Positions 30,066 through 40,392 of a stretch of 64,000 nt of DNA are shown piece after piece. The stretch lies in the IMG/VR virus record IMGVR_UViG_3300028886_000028, positions 64,001 through 128,000 of that record, one strand, 5' to 3'. The notes beneath the pieces are model-generated. The model made no database searches. It saw only the letters and a list, made by a program, of their open reading frames with translations, and was not told the origin of the DNA. The translations under genes and the position numbers were made by a program. Position 1 is the stretch's first letter; each line of letters opens with the position of its first letter. The DNA is from a virus. Its lineage: Duplodnaviria; Caudoviricetes.

Positions 30066-30075
30066 AAAAATTATC

Positions 30076-30684
30076 ATGAAAGTTACATTGTATTTAAAAA
30101 TAGAAAATTTTGATGATGGAGATTTTGATATGAATGACGATTATTATAAATCTGATGAAGATTTTTTTAACGCTATGGATGCAGAAAATAGAAAATATTC
30201 AGGCGTTACAAAAGATGCATTATGGCACATTGGAATGAAAAATAAAAGTGATGCAACCAGTTTTGGAACTTTATCAAAATCTTCTAAAAACGCAAAAGAA
30301 AATATTTATAAATCCGAAGCATTACTTTTTGATGAAAAAGGAAATGCTGAAACTGTTGATAATTTAATTACAAATTGTTTTTCTAATGATGTTGTTGTTA
30401 ATATTATAAAATTTAATCGTGAATCTATGGACGAAGAGTTTGAAGAAGATTATAATTTTTGGATTAATGACCATGAAAATATTAATAACCCAAAATATAA
30501 AGAATCACTTGACGAAGAAAAAATTTGGAAAAATGAACCAACAAGGACGTTTTATGCTGAATTTTTAAATAATGCAAATGAAATTAAATACGCTGTTTTT
30601 GAAAATTGTAAAATTTTAGAAAAAGGTGATGAAGATGAATATGCTATATTAGCAGAAAAAATAAGTTTAATAGAAAAAATATAG
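30076..30684 (+). CDS. Hypothetical acidic protein
   Basis: 202-aa ORF in the tail operon. Confidence 0.7.
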   Translation: MKVTLYLKIENFDDGDFDMNDDYYKSDEDFFNAMDAENRKYSGVTKDALWHIGMKNKSDATSFGTLSKSSKNAKENIYKSEALLFDEKGNAETVDNLITNCFSNDVVVNIIKFNRESMDEEFEEDYNFWINDHENINNPKYKESLDEEKIWKNEPTRTFYAEFLNNANEIKYAVFENCKILEKGDEDEYAILAEKISLIEKI

Positions 30685-30686
30685 TT

Positions 30687-32048
30687 ATGCCAGCAAAGAA
30701 AAAACTAACGCCAGAACAAGAAAAAGAAATTAAGTTGTTGCAAGCAAGCAACGAAATGTACGAGCGCGCTAAAGAAGAAACAATGTTGAGGGGCAATAAA
30801 CAGTCCGTAAAGCGAATAGAAATTGCCCAAGAGGAAGTTCAGCAAAAAATGAAAAGTATTATGGATGGTACTATTAAAAACATAGAAATTCCTAAAGAAG
30901 ATTTACAAGAAGTAATTATCGAGCATAAACCGATTATTGAAACAGAAGAAAGCATAAACAATTTAAATGAACCTTCTTTTTTGGATTTTCCATCTAATAA
31001 AGAGACAGATTCAATTTTTGATATTTTGGAAAGCCATAAAAAAGAAGAAGAATTGAAGATTAAAAAGCATAAAAGGCGCGAAACAGAAACATATGCTGAA
31101 GAAGAATTGAAATATGGAGAAGAAATAGTAAATCCAACCAATACTACATTCAATAATACAGATAGTAATGCTCAATATGACGTAATTTCATTGCCTAGTA
31201 ACGGAGAATGTTATAAGAGTAAAATTGGAAGAGTACCAGTTTCATATCTAACTGCATATGATGAAAATATTATAACATCGCCAAATCTTTATAGGGATGG
31301 ACTTGTTATTGATTATTTGCTAAAGAATAAAATAGTTAACAAAGATATTAATGTAGAAGAATTAGTTAGTGGTGATGTTGATGCTATTGTATTGTTCTTG
31401 AGAGCGACAAGTTATGGCATAGATTTTCCTGTATCTGTATCAGACCCAGAAACTGGTGAAAATATAGAAACAACAGTTGATTTAACAAAAATAAAATCAA
31501 AAGAATTTAAGTTAAAAGGTGATGAAAATGGGCATTTTACATACACTCTTCCTAATTCAGGAGTGGAAGTAAAATTTAAATATTTAACAAGAAAAGAAGA
31601 AAACGATTTGAGGCTTCTTTCAAGAATAGAAGGGGAAGGCGCAGCTGCTTTAGACTTAAGGGATTCAAATAGGGTTATCAGCGGCATTTTAAAATCTGAT
31701 ACTGTTCTGGATAGCAAAGAAAAATCTGTAATACTTGAAGCAACAAGAAAAATAGATGAGTGGGCTAAAAAAATAGAAAGCAAAAATAGTAATAAATTCA
31801 ATAAGGCAATTACCAATAGAATGGAAATGCAAATTATGGCTATAAACGGAAATTATGATAAAGAATACATAAGAAAGGCCATATATAATATGCCGGCTAA
31901 TGATTCACTTAAATTAAGAAGGTACATAATTGAAAATGAGCCTGGTTTGAATTTTGAAGTTGAAATAGAAAGACCTGAGAGTCTTGGAGGTGGCTCATTT
32001 AAAACCTTTCTTGAATGGAACGATATTGTTTTCTGGAATATCGCCTGA
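30687..32048 (+). CDS. Baseplate hub assembly protein / tail assembly chaperone (T4 gp26-like)
   Basis: LPSNG..Y...YLTAYDENI, GD.DAI..FLRATSYG, DS..LR; upstream of the tape measure. Confidence 0.7.
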   Translation: MPAKKKLTPEQEKEIKLLQASNEMYERAKEETMLRGNKQSVKRIEIAQEEVQQKMKSIMDGTIKNIEIPKEDLQEVIIEHKPIIETEESINNLNEPSFLDFPSNKETDSIFDILESHKKEEELKIKKHKRRETETYAEEELKYGEEIVNPTNTTFNNTDSNAQYDVISLPSNGECYKSKIGRVPVSYLTAYDENIITSPNLYRDGLVIDYLLKNKIVNKDINVEELVSGDVDAIVLFLRATSYGIDFPVSVSDPETGENIETTVDLTKIKSKEFKLKGDENGHFTYTLPNSGVEVKFKYLTRKEENDLRLLSRIEGEGAAALDLRDSNRVISGILKSDTVLDSKEKSVILEATRKIDEWAKKIESKNSNKFNKAITNRMEMQIMAINGNYDKEYIRKAIYNMPANDSLKLRRYIIENEPGLNFEVEIERPESLGGGSFKTFLEWNDIVFWNIA

Positions 32049-32292
32049 TTCAGAAAGACTTCTTAAAGAAGAATTGTTTGGGTGCTTCAAGCATATAAAA
32101 ATACCTTTTGACGAACTTTTAAAAATGCCAACTAGAGATAGGAAATTTTATATTTTAAAGCATAATGAAGCAACAGATGCTGAAAGACAAGAATATGAAA
32201 ATCTTCAAAAAGGTGGAAGCACAAAAACAGAAGCAATTGATGCTTATACAGATATTGACCAACAAAATCTTAAAAACGCTACTAGTAGATAA
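31984..32292 (+). CDS. gp51-like / tail assembly chaperone C-terminal ORF, possibly expressed by frameshift
   Basis: ELLKMPTRDRKFYI motif; overlaps the previous gene in the +1 frame; only weak TTG starts (31984, 32011, 32026) and no early ATG. Confidence 0.6.
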   Translation: MEVAHLKPFLNGTILFSGISPDSERLLKEELFGCFKHIKIPFDELLKMPTRDRKFYILKHNEATDAERQEYENLQKGGSTKTEAIDAYTDIDQQNLKNATSR

Positions 32293-32320
32293 TGGGAACT
32301 TAAAAAGAGTTCCCATTTTT
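32291..32320 (+). terminator. Intrinsic terminator
   Basis: AATGGGAACTT-AAAA-AGAGTTCCCATTTTT. Confidence 0.8.
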
Positions 32321-32391
32321 ATTTCAAAAAAATAATATATATAGTATTTATAAGTAATTAAATAATTGCATAATATTAGTTTCTATTAAAT

Positions 32392-35300
32392 ATGTCACCA
32401 TTAATAGCACAATTGGCAGCAAAAGGAGGAAAAATAGGAGCATTGGCAAACACTTATATGGAAGCCAGTGCGTGGAAAGATTTTTTTAAACAAATTTCAT
32501 CTGATGCCACTTCCATGTTTAACAAGTTAACCGGTCAATGGATTGAAATGCAAGATATAGCATTCCAAACCGGACGTTCTATGGCCATGAGCCGTGAAAT
32601 GGCTATGCGTTATGACCGCCAATTAATGCAAACCACAAAAGAGTTAGCGAGACAATATGGCATAACTGCAAAGGAAATTGCTGATTTCCAAAAATCATAT
32701 ACAGAAGCCACGGGACGTAATATAATGCTAACTAAGCAGCAAACGGAATCAATGGCTGCTTTGCAGAAAATAGCAGGAGAGAATGCAGGAACACTTATTG
32801 ATGAGTTTGATAAAATTGGTGTTGGCATTGAAAGGGCAACTGCATATACTGGGAGATTCCAAGAAAGGGCAAAGGCATTAGGCGTTAGCCCGGCGAAGGC
32901 AACTAAGATGATGGCTGATAATATTAAATTGGCAGCATCTTATTCATTTAGAAATGGCGTTTCTGATATAGAGAAAATGTCATTGAAAGCATCATCCATG
33001 AGAATGGATATGCAGGCTGTTATGAACGCTACTGAAAAGTTTGCAGATATTGAAGGTGCTATAAGCAATTCTGCAAATATTCAGATGCTTGGCGGAAGCT
33101 TTGCTAGAGAGTTCAGTAACCCTATGGGCGCTATGTATGAAGCAATGGCTGACCCTAAAGCATTCCAAGATAGAATCCTTAGAACAATACAAGGAAAAGG
33201 TAAATATGATACGAAAACAGGAGCAGTAACATTTGACCCTGTTACCATGCGTATGATGCGCGAAATGGCCAAAAATCTTGGAATGACAGTTGACCAAATC
33301 ACAAACCCTGCAATGGCTCAAGTTCAAAATGATAAAGTAAAACAAGAACTACAAGCAGCAGGAAAATGGGATAAATGGTCTGATATAGAACAAGAAGCAA
33401 TACAAAATCTTTCTAGAACTAATGTAGATTTAGAAACAGGAAAACATCAAGTAGTATATAGGGATGTTAATGGAGAAGAACATAAAGTTGACATTGAAGA
33501 TTTAACAAAAGACCAACTTAAAGTAGCTTTAGACCAACAGAAAACAGAAGAAGAACTATTTGGCGACGTACAAGAAATTAAAGAAATACTTCAAGACACT
33601 TTAGGTCGTGCTAGGGGAACAACATCAACAAAGGAAAATATTAAAGGATTTGGGGAAGAAATAAATTCTTTTATTGCTCAATTCCAAAATATGTGGGCTG
33701 GTAGTTTGTCCGGTTTATTAAATGGTCAACATTTTATGCCTTGGGATGCTATTAGAACTTTAAGTTGGCCTACAGGACAAATGGATGTTGGAACTCACGC
33801 CACTGAAGGTTTGTGGGAAGATTTTTTTAGTGGGACCGGAAAATACTCATTCAAAGAAGGAGGAATTGTTAAACCTGTTAAGCATGCATCATTAGGGACT
33901 ATAATTCCTGGGAGTTCAAGGATGGGTGATAAAACTCCGATAATGGCTAACGCCGGAGAAATGGTTTTAAATCCTCGTGAACAAAAAGGACTTTTTGACT
34001 TACTTAAAGATATTGCAACAACTGGTTTATTAGCATATGGAGGCAATAAACTTGGCAAAAGAATGGGGATGAAAGGAATTGGCACTAATTTAGCTATTGG
34101 CAATTTATTCTCAGGAATGAATATGGGTGTCGGTAGTATGTTAGGAGCAGGCGCAGGGTTAATGATGAGTAATAGAATGATGAGAAGCATGATGCCTATG
34201 GGAATGGGCATAAGCCCAGTTGGTAGAATGGAAGGCTCTATTACACTTATGAATCCTACTGTATTAATGAATGGCCAAACTATCATGAATGGCAGTATTA
34301 GAAATGGAGAAATTGTTGAGCAATTGGAAAACGTAGCAGAAGCAGCAGCTGACGCAAGTAAAAAAACAAGAGGATTCTCATCTAGATTAATGTCTCTTGC
34401 AAGAAGAAGAACAATGATGGGTGGCATAACAAGGTTTATGCTACATGCAGATAGAAAAAGAAGAGCATTTGGAAGTAGAATATCTAACGGTTGGCTTGGA
34501 CATTTTTACAGAACTAGAGCAGCTGAAGTAAAAATACTAAATGCTAAAGCATTAGATAAACTATCAGACTTAAAAGTAGTAAAAGGTGCTAAAAACCTTA
34601 AAGCAGATATTAAATCTTTGTTTGCTTCTCCTGTTGTTGAAGAACAAATAGAAAATGCATCTATAGAAAATGGCGCAGCAAATGTTAAAAATAAGCCAAA
34701 AAAAGGTAAAAATGCTAAAGCCACAAAAACTCTCAAAGATGTTAAAAAATCAAATGCAGTGGCGAAAGCAGCAAAGGCATCAAATGAAACAACAAAGGCT
34801 GTAAGTAAAGTAGGCAAAACTATTGGAGGAATAGGAAAAGTAGGGAAAATATTAGGCAAAGCAGCCGGCCCAATTGGTGCTATAATGGCTATAGGTAGTG
34901 CTGTTGGAGATATTTCATCTGCATCAAGCCAATATGATGCAAAAATTGATGAGATAAACAATAGTGGAATGTCAGAACTTGACAAAGCTCGTGCCAAAGA
35001 TAGAGCATCTAAAGAAAAGAATGCAGGTTATGGAATTTCTATAGGAGACGCTGTTGGCGCAGCTGCCGGTGCAGCATTAGGTTCTGCATTGGGTCCATTG
35101 GGCATGATTGCCGGTGGTTGGTTAGGAGAAAAAGCAGGAAGTTTTATAGGAAAAGGAATTGGAGGATTATTTGGTGGCGGAGAAGAAAGGAAGTTCAAAA
35201 AGGAGCAAAAAAAACTATTTGGAGAAGAAAGAATCAAATCAAACGGAGAGGCTGTTAAAATATTAACATCAATAGACCACAAACTTTCTATTATTTCAAG

Positions 35301-36048
35301 TAAGTCAATAGGCGTTACAAAAACTCATTTAGCATCTCCTTCATTGCCGGACATTGGTAAAAAAATATTTGGTTCTGCTACTGATGAAGTTACTAATGTT
35401 ATCAATAATGTTAAAGAATCGTCAATAGTAAAAACTTTTACAAGTCAGGCTAAAGAAAAGATAAAATATTTGTCAAGCGATGGAAGTTTTTTTCAAAGTA
35501 AAAAATCTCCAATGGACGAAATGTATTCTGCTATGAAAACACCAATTTTAAATGATAGATTGAAAAAATATGGTATAGATAATAATACAATAAATTCTAT
35601 AGCAGAACCAGTTGATTCATTAAAAAAAACAGCACAAAAGCAAGTAATACAGAACATTGATAATAAAATAGCAAGTCCTACAGTACAACCTATTGAAAGG
35701 CTTAAAACAAGTTTTTCTTTAGAGCCTTCTTCAACAAAAGTACAAGCAATACCTGATAAAACTACATATTTAAGAGTTAATCCTTCAAAACAAGAAACAG
35801 TAAACGGTAATTCTGTTAATTTAGGAAAAGGCGACATAAATTTAAATGTTAACGGTACTATTAAACTTGAAGGTGGCAATAAATCTGTTGACCTTGATTT
35901 AAATAAATTATTGGATGACCCTTCATTTAGAAGACAACTTACAGATGTTATTACTAAAATGTTAAATGAAAATAGCAATAGTGGTAAGAGAAATATGGAG
36001 TCAGAAAGAAATAATATGGCAAGAATATATAATAGGTCGGGCAGTTAA
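32392..36048 (+). CDS. Tape measure protein
   Basis: Ala/Gly-rich helical repeats, FKEGGIV...GDK.P.MANAGEMVL motif and Gly-rich hydrophobic stretches; follows the chaperone genes. Confidence 0.8.
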   Translation: MSPLIAQLAAKGGKIGALANTYMEASAWKDFFKQISSDATSMFNKLTGQWIEMQDIAFQTGRSMAMSREMAMRYDRQLMQTTKELARQYGITAKEIADFQKSYTEATGRNIMLTKQQTESMAALQKIAGENAGTLIDEFDKIGVGIERATAYTGRFQERAKALGVSPAKATKMMADNIKLAASYSFRNGVSDIEKMSLKASSMRMDMQAVMNATEKFADIEGAISNSANIQMLGGSFAREFSNPMGAMYEAMADPKAFQDRILRTIQGKGKYDTKTGAVTFDPVTMRMMREMAKNLGMTVDQITNPAMAQVQNDKVKQELQAAGKWDKWSDIEQEAIQNLSRTNVDLETGKHQVVYRDVNGEEHKVDIEDLTKDQLKVALDQQKTEEELFGDVQEIKEILQDTLGRARGTTSTKENIKGFGEEINSFIAQFQNMWAGSLSGLLNGQHFMPWDAIRTLSWPTGQMDVGTHATEGLWEDFFSGTGKYSFKEGGIVKPVKHASLGTIIPGSSRMGDKTPIMANAGEMVLNPREQKGLFDLLKDIATTGLLAYGGNKLGKRMGMKGIGTNLAIGNLFSGMNMGVGSMLGAGAGLMMSNRMMRSMMPMGMGISPVGRMEGSITLMNPTVLMNGQTIMNGSIRNGEIVEQLENVAEAAADASKKTRGFSSRLMSLARRRTMMGGITRFMLHADRKRRAFGSRISNGWLGHFYRTRAAEVKILNAKALDKLSDLKVVKGAKNLKADIKSLFASPVVEEQIENASIENGAANVKNKPKKGKNAKATKTLKDVKKSNAVAKAAKASNETTKAVSKVGKTIGGIGKVGKILGKAAGPIGAIMAIGSAVGDISSASSQYDAKIDEINNSGMSELDKARAKDRASKEKNAGYGISIGDAVGAAAGAALGSALGPLGMIAGGWLGEKAGSFIGKGIGGLFGGGEERKFKKEQKKLFGEERIKSNGEAVKILTSIDHKLSIISSKSIGVTKTHLASPSLPDIGKKIFGSATDEVTNVINNVKESSIVKTFTSQAKEKIKYLSSDGSFFQSKKSPMDEMYSAMKTPILNDRLKKYGIDNNTINSIAEPVDSLKKTAQKQVIQNIDNKIASPTVQPIERLKTSFSLEPSSTKVQAIPDKTTYLRVNPSKQETVNGNSVNLGKGDINLNVNGTIKLEGGNKSVDLDLNKLLDDPSFRRQLTDVITKMLNENSNSGKRNMESERNNMARIYNRSGS

Positions 36049-36092
36049 TTTTCTATTTAACATTTACAAATTAAAAATATATTTTAAACATT

Positions 36093-39000
36093 ATGGGTTT
36101 TTTAGATACAACATCAAAGATTCTAGATACGGCTTCAAAAGCTTTAAATGAAGCAGCATTTGGGGATATTAGAAATATCTTCAATAATGGAGAAATGTAT
36201 ACTTTTATGATGCGCCCTATAGGACTATATCAGAAAAGTTATGGGTTTATGCTAAATCATATATATAGGAATATAGGAAACACTGAATACACATTTGATG
36301 GCTATAGTACACAAGTTGGAGAATTAGCCAATCCATTTTATAATACTCTTACACGTATTCCCTGGTTTTATTTAGATGATTTTAAAAAAAGTACTTCTAA
36401 TTATCTTGAATATATAAGGGAAACATATGGGGCAGCGCTTAGTGTGGAAAACATAAATACAAATGATATATTCCACATAAGTGACAAAGCATCAGAAGTT
36501 GGGTCTGTAGATGGCATATATGCTATTGATAATATGGTTAATGACGGTCAATTATTGCCAAATAAAAATGGAACCGGCGCTGATACACATATGGCTATTG
36601 AAAGTGGTTATTATAATAAAGAAACGCTAAAGAATGCTGTTGTAACAAATAACACTAGATACGAATATGGTAATAATATAACATCAAATCTTGGCGATTA
36701 TTTAGGATTAACTGCAAATAATGTCACTAAAGAAAAAACATATTATGCAAAAGTAGATACAGAAACAGGAAGATTAGCAGATGGAGTATTTAATCCTTTA
36801 TCTAATGTTGAAGGACCTATAGGAAAAAATAATTGGGGCAAAAATATTGATAATTTAAATGGAACTAATGGTTTTTATGATGGCATTTATAAGGCAACTA
36901 GTAAAAAATCAAAAGGTTTTTATAAAGAAGCAATATCAAAAAACAAATATTATTTTAATGTAGAAGATTCTGATGCTAATACTTATTTTTTAGATACTTC
37001 TATAGTACCTTCAATTGATGAACAAAATATAAGATATATATTTAAAACAGTTTCTGGTGAACATTCAAATGTTAGTGATATAAAAAATGGTGGCGTATAT
37101 GTTTACACTGAAAATGAATATGGGGTTTCAACTAATATTACGTATGCTAGTTTTAACTCAGGCACAAGATTTAGTAGATACACTTCTTACAATACAGGAT
37201 TAACAGCAAATGATTTATTAAAAAAGACTAATGAACGTTTTAAAAAAGGCAATTACAAAACCATAATTGCAAGATTCCATACTGATGCAGATGAAGCTGA
37301 AAATACAGATACAACACAAACTGCTATAAGCGAAAAATTTGGTTTGTCACATGGAAGAAATCTTTTAAAAGTCACACCTGATAAATCTGAGGAATATGAT
37401 AATCCATATTGTAGGGTGTGGACTTTCCATCATCAATATCATAGATTGGCTGATGCTATAAGGCCGTTACCATATACTGCTGAAGAACTATATAATAAGT
37501 ATAATTTTAGTGCATTTACTGCTGACCATTCTGAAAAGGGGTTTGAAAACGGTAGAGTAAGATTAAAAAGATTTGGCACTTTAAATAAGAATAATGGACT
37601 GGTAAATATTACGCCGATTGAAAGTGGTGATGAAAAGAAAAGGGTAGACATAAAAAATTGTATGTTTTCAATTGAAAATCTTGCATGGAAAGATGCTTTT
37701 AGTACTGATGCTACGTCAAGAAAAACTTTTCAAGCAGGCGGCTTATCTCCAGAACAAAAAGGCCCATTTGGCGGAAGAATTATGTGGTTTCCACCTTATG
37801 ATTTAAAATTTAATGAAAATATTAGTGTTAATTGGAATGAAACTAATTTCATAGGGCGTGGAGAAGGCATATATACATATACTAATACTACAAGAAGTGG
37901 CAATTTAAGTTTTAAAATATTGGTTGACCATCCTTCTGTTATAAACTATTGGGAAAATAGAGGTAAAAGTTATAGCAATTCAGTAGATGAAGTTAATGAC
38001 CCAGAACAACAGTTATTAAGATTTTTTGCAGGATGCGATATGTTAACAGCAAAATCAGGACCAAATCCTGAACCTCAACCTGTGATTAAAGAAAATGCAC
38101 TACCTTCTCCCGATACACAAGTTATAAAATTTTTTGTGTTTTATCCAAACAATTATAGTGGCATTTATGATGATACTGATTTTGCAATGAAATATTTGAC
38201 AAATGGTTTGGGAGCAGGTAAAATTAAAAATAATAGCACAGGTAAAACTGTAGATTATAATGTTCCTTATACAAATGCAGAAAATGGTTTTGGAGGATAT
38301 GAAATGATACCGGGTAAACCTATCAGTATAGTTAAAACTCAAACAGATAATAACCCTCACATAGCAGATACAAATGTTGGTAATACTGAAGTAAAACTTT
38401 ACGTACAAGAAGGTGATAACACTAATACATGGTGGCAAAGGAAATGGTATTATAGAGTAGATAAAACATATAAAAATCAGCTTCTTAAAAAAGAAAGTTA
38501 TATTGATAGGGAAAGCTATGGCTTAAATTCTACGGTAGGACTAACTAAAATAATTGAGCATTTTGGAATTAAAGATAGTAACAACGTTTATAGTTTTGCT
38601 GACGTTTATGCTGCGCTTGAAGGCGGAGAGGCTAGAACTGTTTTATCCGGTTTATATGATGTATCGAAGGTGAATGAATTCATAAACGCCATAAAACAAT
38701 ATGGTATTGACCATGTTGAATGTATAGGAAGAGCATCTACACAAGGCCATAGCAATTTAAATGTTGATTTACAATTAAACAGAGCAAGGAATGTACAAAG
38801 ATGGCTAAGTAAATGTTCATATTTTGATGCAAATAAAATTTCAGCAGTTACAGGTGGAACTGGTGGCGATGGCGTTGGCATTAATTCTGGTGATGAAAGC
38901 GCGATTTCTAATAAATTATGGCGTTGTGCTGAAGTTAATATATATTTGAAAAAATCAGCATCTAAAACTGTTCAATCGTCACTTACTGAGAGGCAAACAA

Positions 39001-40052
39001 ATATTAAAGAAGAAGAAGGGCATCCAGTTAATATATTAAACACTCCTCAAAATACAATTTCTAATTCTCAAAATATGGGAATAGAAAGAATAAAAAATTT
39101 TAATGACTTATCAGGAAACAAATTAATAGAAGAAAAGGTTATTAAGGATAGAATAACAAGTATTAGATTGAATAATTTGAGCGACAATATAAATGGTTTG
39201 GCTTTAAATTTAAAAAACAGTGTTAGAAATGGTAATGTTAATGTAAATAGTGTATTTGATGCTGTTGCTGATTTTTCTGAACATTCTAAACATTTCCAAT
39301 ATGACAGTTTAGGGTACATAACAAATGGATTAAGAGGCAAGAGTACATTTAATTATGCCCTTAATGAAATGCACGATAATTCAGCCCAAGATGAAGTTGC
39401 AGGATATAACAATACTGTTAGTGATAAAACAGAAGTTGCAACTGTTAATGGCAAAAATAATTATTCTACAAGAGAGGGTACTAACAATAATAGTGTTACT
39501 AGGTATGATAATGAATCAAAGTTCTTCTCTATGTTAGAAAAAGAAGAGCCATTTTTACATCATAAGATAAGTGATAAAATTAAATATTTTGACCCTGCTT
39601 TTCATTCAATAAGTCCTGAAGGGTTTAACGCAAGATTAACATTCTTACAGCAGTGTACAAGACAAGGGCCTACTATTGGAAGTAGTGATAATTATACAGA
39701 AAACAACACTGCTAATAATTTGGCTTTTGGAAGGCCCCCAGTATGCATATTAAGAATTGGTGATTTTTACTATACTAAAATATTAATAGAAAGTATGTCA
39801 TTCAATTTTGACCCTTTAATGTGGGATTTGAACACAGAGGGTATTGGAGTTATGCCAATGATTGCAAATGTTGATATTAATTTCAAATTCATTGGCGGAA
39901 GTAGTCTTGCCGGTCATATCACAAGGCTTCAAAATGCTCTTTCGTTTAACTATTATGCTAATACTGAGGTTTATGATGATAGGTCTGAACTTGCTGATTA
40001 TGACGAGAATGGTAATATTGAAAGATTAGGAGTGCAAAATTCAAATAATTAA
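36093..40052 (+). CDS. Baseplate/tube-initiator-like protein with an inserted OmpA-like segment
   Basis: W....FIGRGEGIYTY.NT.RSG.LSF and PPVCILRIGDFY motifs; GRAS..G....N..L...RA..V..W. Confidence 0.6.
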   Translation: MGFLDTTSKILDTASKALNEAAFGDIRNIFNNGEMYTFMMRPIGLYQKSYGFMLNHIYRNIGNTEYTFDGYSTQVGELANPFYNTLTRIPWFYLDDFKKSTSNYLEYIRETYGAALSVENINTNDIFHISDKASEVGSVDGIYAIDNMVNDGQLLPNKNGTGADTHMAIESGYYNKETLKNAVVTNNTRYEYGNNITSNLGDYLGLTANNVTKEKTYYAKVDTETGRLADGVFNPLSNVEGPIGKNNWGKNIDNLNGTNGFYDGIYKATSKKSKGFYKEAISKNKYYFNVEDSDANTYFLDTSIVPSIDEQNIRYIFKTVSGEHSNVSDIKNGGVYVYTENEYGVSTNITYASFNSGTRFSRYTSYNTGLTANDLLKKTNERFKKGNYKTIIARFHTDADEAENTDTTQTAISEKFGLSHGRNLLKVTPDKSEEYDNPYCRVWTFHHQYHRLADAIRPLPYTAEELYNKYNFSAFTADHSEKGFENGRVRLKRFGTLNKNNGLVNITPIESGDEKKRVDIKNCMFSIENLAWKDAFSTDATSRKTFQAGGLSPEQKGPFGGRIMWFPPYDLKFNENISVNWNETNFIGRGEGIYTYTNTTRSGNLSFKILVDHPSVINYWENRGKSYSNSVDEVNDPEQQLLRFFAGCDMLTAKSGPNPEPQPVIKENALPSPDTQVIKFFVFYPNNYSGIYDDTDFAMKYLTNGLGAGKIKNNSTGKTVDYNVPYTNAENGFGGYEMIPGKPISIVKTQTDNNPHIADTNVGNTEVKLYVQEGDNTNTWWQRKWYYRVDKTYKNQLLKKESYIDRESYGLNSTVGLTKIIEHFGIKDSNNVYSFADVYAALEGGEARTVLSGLYDVSKVNEFINAIKQYGIDHVECIGRASTQGHSNLNVDLQLNRARNVQRWLSKCSYFDANKISAVTGGTGGDGVGINSGDESAISNKLWRCAEVNIYLKKSASKTVQSSLTERQTNIKEEEGHPVNILNTPQNTISNSQNMGIERIKNFNDLSGNKLIEEKVIKDRITSIRLNNLSDNINGLALNLKNSVRNGNVNVNSVFDAVADFSEHSKHFQYDSLGYITNGLRGKSTFNYALNEMHDNSAQDEVAGYNNTVSDKTEVATVNGKNNYSTREGTNNNSVTRYDNESKFFSMLEKEEPFLHHKISDKIKYFDPAFHSISPEGFNARLTFLQQCTRQGPTIGSSDNYTENNTANNLAFGRPPVCILRIGDFYYTKILIESMSFNFDPLMWDLNTEGIGVMPMIANVDINFKFIGGSSLAGHITRLQNALSFNYYANTEVYDDRSELADYDENGNIERLGVQNSNN

Positions 40053-40064
40053 AAAAATATATTT

Positions 40065-40388
40065 ATGGCAACATACGACCGTTATTATAAATTTAGAAGG
40101 GATGGTAAAATATTACATGTTCCTTTCATAGAAATACCTAAAAGGGAAACTGATTATTACACATATTATGTTGCTGGTAAGACAAGACTTGATTTATTGT
40201 CTTACCAGTATTATGGCGATGCCAATTATGATTGGCTAATAATGCAAGCTAATCCTGAATATGGCTCATTAGAGTTTATGATACCAACAGGGTCTAGGAT
40301 TAGAATACCTTACCCTTTAGAGAATGTTATTGCTCAATACAATAACGATATAGATGTTTACGAAGAATTATATGGTTTAACAAATTAA
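40065..40388 (+). CDS. LysM-like baseplate wedge protein (gp53/tail X-like)
   Basis: RLDLLSYQYYGDANYDWLIMQANP...G..IRIP. Confidence 0.8.
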   Translation: MATYDRYYKFRRDGKILHVPFIEIPKRETDYYTYYVAGKTRLDLLSYQYYGDANYDWLIMQANPEYGSLEFMIPTGSRIRIPYPLENVIAQYNNDIDVYEELYGLTN

Positions 40389-40392
40389 TTAA

